Assembly (NCBI RefSeq): GCF_004010195.1
Contig: NC_057728.1
Coordinates: forward strand, 53,860,535 to 53,924,534
Reading direction: 5' to 3'
Length of the DNA: 64,000 nt
Source of the DNA: Chiloscyllium plagiosum
Taxonomy: Eukaryota
The position numbers were made by a program, and so were the translations under genes. Below, one piece after another: positions 25,300 to 37,410 of this stretch. Within the stretch, counting starts at the first letter, position 1. Each line of letters starts with the position of its first letter. The notes beneath the pieces are model-generated. The model was not told the origin of the DNA, did no database searches, and saw only the letters and a list, made by a program, of their open reading frames with translations.

Positions 25300-25600
25300 A
25301 GGAGAAGCATTGCATGACTTAGTAATGGAAGTAAGTAAGAAAATTAAGGGTGGAGAACATTTAGGTAACATTGATCACAACATAACAAAATTTAAAGTAA
25401 TGGTTAATAGATATACGGTTAGTTCAAAAACAAAAGTAATAGATTGGAAAAGAAAACAACTATGAAAGAATGGGGATGGAGCTAAGAAAGGTAAACTAGA
25501 GAAAAATATTGGCCAAGATGTAGAATGGCTATTAATTAACAGGGAGAAAAGTAGAGTCTGGGAGAAATGTATGCCACCAAAATAGCATAAAGATATATCC
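25300..25600 (+). mobile_element. Ancient CR1 endonuclease-region remnant
   Basis: GEHLGNIDHNITKF resembles the CR1 APE LGxSDH motif. Confidence 0.45.
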
Positions 25601-25659
25601 ATGGGATATGTACATTGCTAGCAATGCAGAATTTATCACCCATCTCTTATAGAATTCCT

Positions 25660-25922
25660 AAAGGACAGAGAGACCCAATCAAGTCTCTACTGAGCCTCCC
25701 CCCAACATTTGCCATGGTTAACCCACTAAACTGCTCACCCCTGGACACGACAGTGCAGTTTACCACAATCAATCCACCTAATCTCCAAATCTTTGGACTG
25801 TGGGAGGAACCCCATGCAGACTCAGGGAGAACATGTAAACTTCACACAGACACTCACCCAAGGCTGGAATTGAACCTGGGTCCCTAGCACAGCGGTGCTA
25901 ATCATTACGCCATCGTGCCACC
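25660..25922 (-). mobile_element. Decayed HE1-like SINE
   Basis: tctttggactgtgggagg...ggaattgaacctgggtcc. Confidence 0.75.
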
Positions 25923-26049
25923 TATGCGAAGGGAATGAGAAGCTGTTTACTTGAACAATAAAAAGTCTGTAGTGCATAAACACTCACAGTGCTTTAATGA
26001 ATCTTCACTATTTTGACCCAGCGACAGTGAGGACAATATAAATATCAGT

Positions 26050-26335
26050 AGAAACTCAAATACAAGACCCAGAGCTGATACTCCCAGGACAGTATTGAGG
26101 GAGTATGTTGCACGATCAGAAGTGCTATCTTTCAGGTGAATTGTAAAACTGTCCTCTCAGGGGAATGTGAAAGATCCCATAACATTATTCCAGAGGACAG
26201 GGCATTCTCCCCAGCTTCCTAGCCTATATTTATCCCTCACTTTGCATCACACAACAAGGTGATCAGGTCTTTATCATACACTGTGTGTGAGCTAGCTGTG
26301 TGCAAATTGGGTGACATGTTTCCAACATTCAAAAC
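26050..26335 (+). mobile_element. Deu-domain-like SINE (SacSINE1/AmnSINE-related), interrupted by CR1
   Basis: Contains ctctcagg..atgtgaaagatcccat, atatttatccctca and gctgtgtgcaaattgg blocks; appears to resume near 26895. Confidence 0.55.
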
Positions 26336-26895
26336 AGAATGTTGGTGAGGCTTGCTCTATGTTATTGTGTCCAGGTCTAGTTGCCTTGTTCTCGGAAGGA
26401 TTTATTAACCTGGAGAGGATTCAGAAAAGATTTGCCAGGATGTTGCTGAGAATATAGGGTGTGAGTTATGAAGTGAGGCTGGATGAGCTGGGAGCTTTTT
26501 TCACTCAAGTGTAAGAGGTTGAGGGATGACCTTTTGGAGGTTTATAAAATTATGTGGGGTATAGATAAGGTAAATGGCAGGTTTTTTTTCTCTAAGGTGG
26601 GGGATTTCAAGACAAGGGGGCATATTTTTAAGATGAGAGATTTCAAAAAGAAATGCGGAGCTACGTTTGTACACAGACAGTGGCTTGTGTGTGGAATGAA
26701 CTTCCAGAGGAAGTGATGGATGCAGGTACAGTTACAACATTTATAAGACATATGGATGAGTACATGAATAAGAAATATTTGGAGGGATATGGGCCAAGCG
26801 CAGGCAGGTGGGATTGGTTTAGTTGTGATGATGGTCGGCATGGACTGGTTGGACCAAAGGTTCTATTTCCATGATGTATGATTCAATGACCCTGT
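26336..26895 (+). mobile_element. CR1/HER1-like LINE 3' fragment
   Basis: RLRDDLLEVYKIM, WNELPEEV and the 3' tail. Confidence 0.88.
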
Positions 26896-27879
26896 GACTA
26901 ACCTCCAAATGGACTCCATTAGTTCTAGAGTGCTGGTGAATGTCTTACTGTACTTATTTCTATTTGGAATTGAAGTTCATTAGAAAAGGTCAGAGGTTAT
27001 GCTTAGCCTCTGTCTCAGCCATTAATGGATGCTGAAGACATTATTTAAATGTAGGGATTAGGTTGTTTGGTTTAAGAGGTAGAGCTTCTGTTTAAAAAAA
27101 ATGACATTACAAGAGAAGCTGTGGCATTTGTTCTGTGATGTCAGCAAAAGCAATTTAATGTTTTCTTTATGCAGTGAGGAGACAGTGTAATATTGCCAAT
27201 ATAACGAAGGTCCACAATAAATTTCCCTTTGATCCTTTAATGATATAATTTTTACAAATATGTCAAAGAGTGTCAGATTCTGCAACAGAATGTAAGAATC
27301 AAAGAGAATAATGCACATAAAAACAGAAACTGCTGGTAATATTCAGCAGGATCTTACAGAGAGAGAGATAAAGTTAATCTTTCAAATTCAATATGACTTC
27401 TTCAGGACTGAAGGGGGTTAGTAATACAGTGGGCGTTATCTTGTTGAAAATGGGAGGAGGGAGAAAGAACAATAGGTAGGGTCAGGAACGGGCAATTGGA
27501 CTGCAGTGGTTCAAGAAGGCAGTTCACCATCACCTTCTCAAGGGCAACTAGGGATGGGCTGGCTCTCATGGTATCATGGTATTGTCATAACCTCTGAGCC
27601 AGGAGGCCTGGGATCAAGTCTCAAACTGCTCTAGGGGTGTATAACAATATGTTGAAGCAGGTTGCTTAGGAATAACAATGAGAATAAATGACTGCTGGTC
27701 CAGCCAGTGAAGCCCAGACCACATGAATGAATAAAAAAAGCCAGCGATTAGGTGAAATAACAAAAAAATTTCATGGAATAAAAGAGAAAATGGGTGGCAC
27801 TGGTGGTAGTAATGAAAAGAAATGTTTCTCCAGGGTGAGTGTGAATGGCAGAATGACAAACAGCAGTGTCTAAAAGCAA

Positions 27880-28605
27880 AAACATTGAATATAGTAAACG
27901 GAAGGGTCTTGGGAAAAGTTGATGAGCAGAAAGATCTGGGAGTTCAGGTCCATTATACCCTGAAAGTTGCTGCACAGGTGGATAGAATGGTCAAGAAGGC
28001 ATTTGGTATGCTTGCCTTCATCGGACGGGGTATTGAGTATTAGAGCTGGCAGGTCATGTTAAAATTGTACAAGACATTGGTTCGGCCACATTTAGAATAT
28101 TGCGTACAGTTCTGGTCGCCATATTACCTAGAGGATGTGGATGCTTTGGAGAGGGTGCAGAGACGGTTTACAAGGATGTTGCCTGGTATGGAAGGTGCTA
28201 GCTATGAAGAGAGGTTGAGTAGGTTAGGATTGTTTTCACTAGAAAAAAAGAGATTAAGGGGGGACCTAATTGAGGTCTACAAAATCATGAAGGGTATAGA
28301 CAGGGTGGATAGAGATGAGCTTTTTTGCAGGGTGAAGGATTCAATAACAAGAGGTCACACATTCAAGGTGAGAGGTGAAAAGTTTAAAGGGGACACACAC
28401 GGCAATTACTTTAAACAGAGGGTGGTAGGTGCCTGGAACGCTTCCCAGCAGAGATAGTAGAGACAGGCATGGTAGATTCTTTTAAGATATGTCTGGACAG
28501 ATGCATGTGTAGGTGGGGAGCAGAGGGATACAGATGGTTAGGAATTGGGCGGCAGGTTTAGACAGTGGATTTGGGTCGACTCTGTTCTTTGTTTTGTTCT
28601 TTGTT
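27880..28605 (+). mobile_element. CR1 LINE 3' fragment, distinct subfamily
   Basis: [20 protein letters not shown]...RVQRRFTRM...RGDLIEVYKIM, with a tgttctt-type tail. Confidence 0.92.
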
Positions 28606-28839
28606 CAAGATACAGACTGGCACTTAATTGGCAAAAGAAGAGTTAATCAGAATGGAAGTCAGACTTGATGGCCTGAAAGTATATTTGATTGTCCTCATTG
28701 ACTTCACATTACTATCCCAGAAGAGAAAAAAAACAGTAAAACTTGCGAACAACGCAAACTGGTCTGACTTGTTTTGTATATGTCAGAGCAATGCTCCATA
28801 CAACCAATATATTCATTTCTAGGTGTTACTGTTTTTTAT

Positions 28840-29003
28840 GGAGAAAGTGAGGTCTGCAGATGCTGGAGATCAAAGTTGAAACTTTATTGCTGGAACTCGG
28901 GTATAGGCCCTTCTTCAGGAAGGGCCTGTGCCCGAAACGTCGAATCTCCTGTTCCCTGGATGCTGCCTGACCTGCTGTGCTGTTCCAGCAATAAAGTTTC
29001 AAC
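28840..29003. mobile_element. Penelope family A fold-back with 14-bp TSD
   Basis: ttactgttttttat occurs at 28826-28839 and 29004-29017. Confidence 0.8.
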
Positions 29004-29119
29004 TTACTGTTTTTTATAACTAGCTTTTCCCTTTTGGGGATAGCTGATCACTTGCCCTTAATAACATATTGAACATGCTGAGGGGTATAGGACTGAGAGA
29101 CATTCAGCTCTTTGTCAAA

Positions 29120-29335
29120 CATTGTGGTGTTGAAAAAGCTCAGCAAGGCAGGTAACATCCGAGGAGCAGGAGAGTTGAAGTTTCAGGCATAAGCCCTTCA
29201 TCAGGAATGACTGAATGGGTTTATGCCCGAAACGTGGGACTCTCCTGCTCCTCGGATGCTACCTGCCTTGCTGAGCTTTTTCAACACCACAGGTTTTTAC
29301 TCTGATCTCCAGCATCTGCAGTCCTCACTTCCTCC
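29120..29335. mobile_element. Penelope family A fold-back
   Basis: Inverted arms around about 29208. Confidence 0.78.
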
Positions 29336-29702
29336 CATTCTCTATCAGAACTCCATCTAACCATATTCCATATCCCCCCTTTCCATTGGCTACTGAAAAC
29401 TTGCCAATTTCAGATTAAAAATTATGTTGCTGTTGCTTTCACGACTGAGAGTTATAGAACATGTACCACCCTTACATGTTGCCTAAATTGTCTTCTAAAT
29501 GGCTTGGTCCATGATTTTAACAAGTTCTCCCCTCTTGTGTTGGCCTCTCCCACCAACAGGAAAGGTTTTCCTCTGTTTACACTGCACAATGCTTTCAAAA
29601 TCCTGGAAACTCTCAATGAAATCACCTTTGAAATGTCTTTTACATTCTAGGAAATGAGCCTAGTCTATGAAATCACGCCTCATAATCTAACTCTTCGAAT
29701 CA

Positions 29703-29872
29703 AAGTTAAAAATCCCACCACACCAGGTTATTGTCCAACAGGTTTAATTGGAAGCACTAGGACTGCTGCTCCTTCATCAGGTGGTTGTGGAGTACACAAT
29801 TGTAAGACACAGAATTGTCTATTGTGTGATTTTTAACTTTGTACACCCCAGTCCAACACCGGCATCTCCAAA
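29703..29872. mobile_element. Penelope family B internally deleted fold-back with 11-bp TSD
   Basis: tcttcgaatca occurs at 29692-29702 and 29873-29883; the ends match 22583-24052. Confidence 0.8.
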
Positions 29873-30737
29873 TCTTCGAATCATGTATGGGAAATTTTGG
29901 CTGAATCTGAGCTGTACTTGTACAATCCACTACAAGTAATAGTGAAAGGCACCGAATTAGACAGCAGAGCTTTGTATATATGCAGAGCTCAGATTATTTG
30001 AAAAGGTTATGTTCTAACCATTATAACAATTTCTGTTTTCAGAGATAATAGTAACTGATACCTACAGAGTGCACAAGGCCTGTCATTAGATGTCATGCAA
30101 ATCACAACTCACATCACTTCATTGCTTCCATCTTGACTACTGATAGAATTTTTGATTTCTTTTCAAGGCAACATTGCAGAAATTGAACTGATTGTGGTTA
30201 TAAAAAGAAGCTTCTTGTAAGCTTCCAGTTTGAGATCTGACTGCTCCTGCGATCACTGCCACACTCCAATAAGTAAGTGTCATCTCACAGAATGGTCTCT
30301 GAAACTATGCACTTATTAAGGTAATTAAAATCCAACATCATTTCGAAAACCTCTTTGTCACACAAAAGATTTAATTCTCAAAGGCTTTTCCTTATTCGCT
30401 GGTTTTATAGCAGAGTGTATTTGTGTTGCTTGTTCTCTGAAAATCAGTCTCAAGGCACCATCCCTATTCTCAAATGCTTGGGGAGTTACTTTATTCTTCC
30501 ATGGAAACTAGGTGTCTCAGGCAAACCCAGTTTTTATCATCGAGCCCCAACTGCACTTCAACTGAAGGACCGCCTTAGTCATTTCAGAGAGTTAAGAGTC
30601 AACCATATTGCTTTGGGTCTTGAGTCCCACATTAGCCAGACCAGGGAAAGGATGGTGGTACTCCTTCCCTAAAGAACATTACAGGATAGATTGGTTTTCA
30701 CAAGAATCAGTTATAGTTGTCACAGTCACTATTATGT

Positions 30738-31060
30738 GGGCGGCACGGCGGCACAGTGGTTAGCACTGCTGCCTCGCAGCGCCAGAGACCCGGGTTCAAT
30801 TCCCGACTCAGGCGACTGACTGTGTGGAGTTTGCACGTTCTCCCCGTGTCTGCGTGGGTTTCCTCCAGGGGCTCCGGTTTCCTCCCACAGTCCAAAGATG
30901 TGCAAGTCAGGTGAATTGGCCATGCTAAATTGCCCGTAGTGTTAGGTAAAGGGGTAAATGTAGGGGTATGGGTGGGTTACGCTTCGGCGGGTCGGTGTGG
31001 ACTTGTTGGGCCGAAGGGCCTGTTTCCACACTGTAATGTAATCTAATCTAATCTAATCTA
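30738..31060 (+). mobile_element. HE1-like V-SINE, young copy nested in an older SINE
   Basis: Nearly identical to 22071-22398. Confidence 0.93.
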
Positions 31061-31347
31061 TTACTGAAACTAAAATTTGTATTCCAGAATGTATTCATTG
31101 AATTTAAATTCCATAGTTGCCAGGGTAGGATTTGAACCCTTGTCCCTTGAACATTATCCTGGGCCTTTGGATTCGAAAACTAAAAAATTAAAATTAAAAA
31201 ATTTAAAAAAAGAACAGAATTAGGCCATTCAGACCTTCAAGCCTAGCATTCAGTATGATCAATGCTGATTATCCTACTCAGTACTCTGTTCCTGTACCCT
31301 GTATCTTTTGATCCCTTTCGCCCTCCGAATTCCTTCTTGAAAACATT

Positions 31348-31718
31348 TAATCATAGAGCCAGTGAATGCCTACAGAGTGGAAGCAGGTCATTTGGCCCAT
31401 CGAGTTCACACTGACCCTACGAGAAGCATCCACTGAGATCCAACCCCCATCCCCTCCTGTATAATCCTGCAATTCCCATAGTTCATCCACCCAGCCTGCA
31501 CATCCCTGGACAATACAGGGAAATTTAGCATGGTCAATCCACCTAACCCACACATCTTTGGACTGTGGGAGGAAACCTGAGCTCCCAAAGGAAACCCACG
31601 CAGACATAGGGAGAACATGCAAACTCCCCACACACAGTTGCCCGAGGATAGAATCAAACCCAGGTCCCTGTCACTGTGCGGTAGTGGTGCGAACCACTGA
31701 GCCCCCGTGTGCCACCCC
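31348..31718 (-). mobile_element. HE1-like SINE, older subfamily
   Basis: Core cacatctttggactgtgggaggaaacc. Confidence 0.85.
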
Positions 31719-32079
31719 AACTGTTTTGACCTCAATCACTTTCTGTGGCTCAACACTCTCTGAAGAAATTTCTCTTCATCACAGTGGTAAATGGCCTACC
31801 TTGTATTGTTAACCTGTAATCCCTGGTTCTAGATTCCCAGGCCATCAGGAACATCCTTCCTGTGTTTATCTTGTCTAAACTTGTTAGAATTTTACAGAAT
31901 TCTGAGATTGCTCATTTTTCTAAACTCCAGTGAATATAGTCCTGACCAAATCAATTTCTCTTCATAAGTCACCACTGCTATCCCAGGATTCAGTCTGGTA
32001 CTAGTTATGAGCCCAGCTGATTCCTATACCATCCTCTCCCATACAAACAACCTTAGAAACAGACCACAGAAATAAACAG

Positions 32080-32249
32080 ATCCACTGATCCAGAATCTGA
32101 AGCAAACCCACTACTACAGCCACATTTGCTTCCACGCTTCAGGCTCTCTGCCTTTATTCCTGATGAAGGGCTTTTACCCGAAACGTCGATTTTGCCTGTC
32201 CTCGGATGCTGCCTGAATTGCTGTGCTCTTCCAGCACCACTGATCCAGA
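32080..32249 (+). mobile_element. Penelope family A terminal fragment with 15-bp TSD and hammerhead core
   Basis: cacagaaataaacag occurs at 32065-32079 and 32250-32264. CTGATGA..GAAACGTC starts at 32160. Confidence 0.8.
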
Positions 32250-32480
32250 CACAGAAATAAACAGTTAGTTCATTGTTGGTTAATGGATAAATAGTGGCTC
32301 TGCTTTTCTTGCTGTAGTAAGACCATAATACTGGATGAAATAGGAACAGGAGGCCTCTTAAGCCTGCTCTGCCATTCAGGAGGTTCATGACCAATCCAAA
32401 AGAATCTATCAAATGTGGTACAACTTAATTTTACATAAAAGAATTGTTTTAGAATATTAAGTTGCATCATATAATTATCT

Positions 32481-32590
32481 CGACGAAGGGAATAATTCCT
32501 GATGAAAGGCTCTTGCCCGAGACGACGATTCTCCTGCTCCACGGAAGCTGCTTGACCTGCTGTGCTTTTCCAAAACCACATTCTCGACCC
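32481..32590 (+). mobile_element. Penelope family A terminal fragment with 14-bp TSD
   Basis: tcatataattatct occurs at 32467-32480 and 32591-32604. Confidence 0.75.
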
Positions 32591-33134
32591 TCATATAATT
32601 ATCTTGGCCATTTTGGCACAGTTAATCCAATTCCATCATCTCATCTACCTATATCTTGCCCATGACCATCTCTCCCATGCTATTCCATCCATCTCATCCA
32701 TATTGTGGGATCTTCCACGTCGGACTGCCAAGGCACACAAGAGTAAAATGACTTTTTTATTCTAAAGGGAAGTAGATGATGCAATGGTCACATCATTGGG
32801 TTAGGATCCAAGAACTTCAGGCTAATGAGCTGGGGTTATGGGTTTGAATCGGGGCATGGTGGATGGTGAAATTTGAGGACTGGAATAAAAAAGACTAGTT
32901 TAATGGCGACCATGTAACCACTATAAAATAAACCATCTGGTTCAGGAATGTACTTTAGAAAATAAAACCTGCCACCTTCACCTAGTCAGGCCTATTTATG
33001 ACTCCAGACCCAGGGTTGACTCTTGACTATCCTCTGGGGAAATTAGGGAAAGGCAATAATTGCTGGCCTATCAAGTAATGAAGAAACACAAGAAAAGGAC
33101 CAGGAATATGCCAATCAGCCCCTCACACATACTC

Positions 33135-33815
33135 TCCCTGAAAGTGGCCAGTAGAAAGGGTGGTAAAGAAGTTGTAAGGCATGCTTGCCTTTATTGGTTG
33201 GAGAATTGAGTACAAGAGTTAGGATGTCATGCTGCAGCTTTATAAGACTTTTGGTAAGGCCACACTTGGAGTATTGCGTTCAATTCTGGTCGCCACATTA
33301 CAGGAAGGATGTGGAGGCTTTGGAGAGGGTGCAGAAGAGATTTACCAGGATGCTGCCTGGATGAGAGGGTATGAGCTATAAGGAGAGGCTAGAAAAACTT
33401 GACTGGTTTTCTCTGGAGCGGTGATGGAAGGGGAGACTTGATAGAAATCTATAAAATTATGAGATGCGTAGATAGGGTTGACAACCAGAATCTTTTTCCC
33501 AGAGTTAAACTGTCAAATACTAGGGGCCATGCATTTAAGGTGAGAGAGGGAAAGTTCAAATGAAATGTGAGGGGTAAGTTTTTTCACACAGAGAGTGGTA
33601 GGAGTCTGAAACACGCTACCAGGGGTGGTGATGGAAGCAGATACAATAGATGTTAATAAGGGACTTTTAGATAGGCACATGACTATGCAAGGAATGGAGG
33701 GATATGGACCATGGGCAGGCAGAAGGGATTAGTTAAATTTGGCATCGTGTTAGGCACAACATTGTGGGCCAAAGGGCCCGTTCCTGTGCTGTACTCTTTT
33801 ATGTTCTATGTTCTA
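33135..33815 (+). mobile_element. CR1 LINE 3' fragment
   Basis: [35 protein letters not shown], with a tatgttc tail. Confidence 0.9.
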
Positions 33816-34477
33816 TAAGGTCAAGGCTGATTTGAATGTAGTTTTATTTTCTTATCCATCCCCTATAACTTTGGACTCCCTTGATCACAAATGTGTCTAA
33901 TCTGGCCATGAATATATCCAATGACTAGCCTCAGGTGCTCTTTGGGGAAGAGAGTTCCACAAAATAATAACTCCCTGGGAGAAGAAATTGCTCCTGATCT
34001 CAGTTTTAAATAGGAGATCTTCAATTTATAAAATTTAAACTGAGTCCCTTATTTCTAGATTGCTCCAAAAGGGGCAACATCCTCAGCAACTAACTGGATA
34101 TAAATTCAGGCAACTGGATTACCTGCCCTAAACCATAACCATCATTCTACTTCCCTACTACTGGGTAGATGATGCTATGGTTTAACCTCATCCAGCGGAG
34201 AACTATGGGCTTAAGTTGGCCCTGGGACTTGAACCAAAAATGTTTAGCCCAAGAGGCAAAATCACAGGTACTGGAATCATCCTTCATTTGCAACAGGACT
34301 TTTCTAAATACTAGAGGTGAACACATATGTTTGTCCTGCACCATTATGTATACATCTCATGAAGGACATTAAAAAGTAGGAGGGGGCCAATCCATCCTAT
34401 GATGGTGAATGACCTGAACTGCAACTTCACTCTGCTACCCTGCATCATATTCCTGGATGCCAATAGTGTTGAACATT

Positions 34478-34700
34478 CCAGATCATTCCAGTGTGGAAGC
34501 AGGCCATTCAGTTTGTTGAGTCCGCACCAACCCTCCGAAAAGCAACCCACCCAGACCCACCCCACTACCCTGTATTTCCCATGGCCAATTTACCTAACCT
34601 GCACCTCTTTGGACTGTGGGATGAAACAAGAGCACCCAGAGAAAACGCATGCAGATAATCACCCACGGCTAATATCAAACCTGGGTCCACTGAGCCACCT
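34478..34700 (-). mobile_element. Decayed HE1-like SINE
   Basis: Core and tail match the other copies. Confidence 0.7.
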
Positions 34701-36419
34701 AAAATATCCAAGACCCTATAAATGGTCAAATGAAAGAACCTGGAGACAGAAGGTTAGAGCACAGAAGAAGGTCATTTGGTCCAACATAAGTAGGCTGGCC
34801 AAGAAACATACCCAATCCAGTGCTATTTTCCACTATGTTGGTTTTGATACTTCAGGTACATATCCAAGTGTTTTTTAAAAATGTGATGAGGTTTTCTGCG
34901 TCTTCTGGGCATTGAGTTCCAGGCTGCTAATACCCTCCAAGAGAAAATGTCTCCTCAACTTTCGTTTAATCCATCTGCCACTTACTTTAAATACTTTTGA
35001 ATAAATAGCTTAAATGTACTCAATAACCGAAGCCCTCTGGACACAATCTACTGAATAGAGATTTCACCACCTAACGGTCCAGCATAGATTGACGGCAATT
35101 CTATTGCCCATCTGATATTAGTCCCTCATGGAGGAAAGGGAAAATAGAAGGGAATGGTTTCATATCTTACTTCTAAGGGAGAAAAATACAATGTTATGGA
35201 AAATACTGTGGATGCTGGAGATCTGAAATAAATATGGAAAGTGGTGGCCTTCCTAAAAGGAATCATATCAGACTCAAAACGTTGTGATTCTCTCGCCACA
35301 GATGTCGGTTGTTATTAAAACCCATCTTATACACTAATCGCCTTCATGGAAGGAAATCTCCCATCAGGCCGTTATGTGACTCCAGACCCACAACAATGTG
35401 GTTGACTCTCAACTGCCTTCTGAAATAGCCTAGAAAGCCACTCAAGTCAAGGGCAATTAGGTATGGCCAATAAATTCTGGCACAGCCAGCAATGCCCACA
35501 TCCCATGTATAAACAAACAAAAATGCTTCCAGACCTGTTAAATCTCTACATTGCTTTCCTTTATGGGATCTTATGTTCTTTCTTGGCTGTAACTGAGATC
35601 TATGATTGTTTTTATCTAAAATACAAGTTAACCAGATGATAAAAACATATCAGAGATTGAGGATCTATGTTGGGGAGCAATATACACAACACTTTGTAAA
35701 GCTAAATAACCAGGCACATGCTCAGGAGTAAAGCCAAATGACCAGGCACATGCTCAGAAGTTTAAGTGAAATGCACGTCAGGAATAAGTGCAAGTTAGAC
35801 AATGGTCAATTGTTGGTCTCTATTACATGCCTACCAATTTTCATAGATGTCAATGGCTTTGCACTGGACTTGAACATCACAACAAAGCTGACACAAAACA
35901 CAAGGAACAGGAGCAAGAGTAGGCCATTTAGCCCTCTGAAGGTGCTGTTCCATGATTGGTCATGGTTGTTTTCATGGGCAAAAAGACAGGAAAATCTGTC
36001 AGGGAGGAACAAATCATAAATTTGTAGTTGTGGTGCCAATCAAGCAGCCTGCTTTATCTTGGATGGTGTTAAATCTCTTGTATGATATTGGAGCTGCACC
36101 CATGCAGGCAAGTGGAGAATATTCCATCACACTCCTGATTTCAGTCTTGTGGTTGATGGGCAGGCTTTGGAGAGTCAGGAGGTGAGTTATTCACTGCAGG
36201 ATTCCTAGCCTGCGATCTGCTGTATATTGTTAAAGATGAGACAGGCTTACCCAAAGATATATTATGAAGATAGCATAGACCTTAACTTTTATTGTAAAGG
36301 CATGTTCCAGATATGATTCAATTGGTTCACCACCAAATTTTAGTCAAAACACACTTTATTTTTGCAATGCAAGAAAAATACAACAAATGACTTTACTGCA
36401 TTGACAAACTTACAAGACA

Positions 36420-36639
36420 CTGGATTTGTGGTGCTGGAAGAGCACAGCAGTTCAGGCAGCATCCGAGGAGCAGTAAAATCAATGTTTCGGGCAAAAACCC
36501 TTCATCCTTATTCCTGATGAAGGGCTTTTGCCCGAAACGTCGATTTTACTGCTCCTCGGATGCTGCCTGAACTGCTGAGCTCTTCCAGCACCACAAATCC
36601 AGAATATGGTTTCCAGAATCTGCAGTCATTGTTTTTACG
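36420..36639. mobile_element. Penelope family A fold-back, young, with 14-bp TSD
   Basis: Near-perfect arms of about 85 bp. aaacttacaagaca occurs at 36406-36419 and 36640-36653. Confidence 0.88.
36510..36545 (+). ncRNA. Minimal type I hammerhead ribozyme motif
   Basis: ATTC CTGATGA A GGGC TTTT GCCC GAAAC GTC GATT. Confidence 0.65.
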
Positions 36640-37245
36640 AAACTTACAAGACAATGTATTATTTAATCACTAATCATCAACTGATCCAAAAGGGCCAGTA
36701 CCCAATAAACACACCCTTTGGCATAAATGCAATGCAGCAAAATGGTTATTATTCTCACAAGCTCTCTCTCTCTCTCCAGTAAAAAGAAATACTGAAAGAA
36801 TCAATCTGCCCCTTCTGATTTCTAAGAGGAAAAGTCTTCAATCTAACAGCAGGGAGAACTCTAGGCGTCTGCTGCAGCAGCTAACTCACAAAAAAAAACA
36901 ACTTAAAGGAAAACCAAAGTCCTCAGGGTCTGTGTGAGTCTGACTCTATCCCCCTTATGATTCTTTTGTCTTACTCTGAAAAGACACCCATGGAGAAATC
37001 CAAAGCTATTTACACAGTGTCTGCAATCGAGGAGACACCTTGGTACTGTTGTGATAAAACCCCTTTGCATAAGGAACAGGACAGAACACATCTCTTAAAG
37101 GTATAGTATGCAAAGTCCTCATGGTGCTACTTGGAAGGACAGCAGGGAAGCATCCCTGATGAAAAGTCACAAGTTGAAAGACTAACTCTATTTCTCCCTC
37201 TTCAGCTGCTGCCAGACCTGCTGTGTACTTCCAGTATTTTCTGAC

Positions 37246-37410
37246 ACTGATCAGCTCCCACTGAGCCAGCTCTCAGAGTGAACAGAACCCTTGACACTCC
37301 TGTTTATATCTGTCAGCCAGGGCTCCCTGATTAAACCAGGATAACAGCCCCAGTCAGGGAACTCACATTCTATGAGAACCACTTGGCCAACAGCATTCCA
37401 ATCACTATAA
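37246..37410 (-). mobile_element. Probable short LTR fragment
   Basis: ccctgatt...tcaggga internal inverted motif and a reverse TATA (tttatatc). Resemblance to fish Gypsy LTRs is from recall. Confidence 0.4.

Larger units (their letters stand above)
36228..37112. mobile_element. Probable solo LTR (Gypsy-like), hosting a Penelope fold-back
   Basis: Starts with TG. Non-coding, with reverse polyA-signal-like ctttatt and CT tracts. Family resemblance is from recall only. Confidence 0.35.

Noticed and set aside
30168..30272. Coding exon (ttttcaAG ... GTAAGT, 105 nt)
   Set aside because: All three frames contain stops. At most a non-coding exon, which is unsupported without RNA data.
36420..36605. 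miRNA precursor or DNA-transposon MITE
   Set aside because: The arms match terminal repeats attached to Penelope coding remnants (21425-21787, 46510-46900), the ends are asymmetric, and the TSDs vary from 10 to 15 bp.
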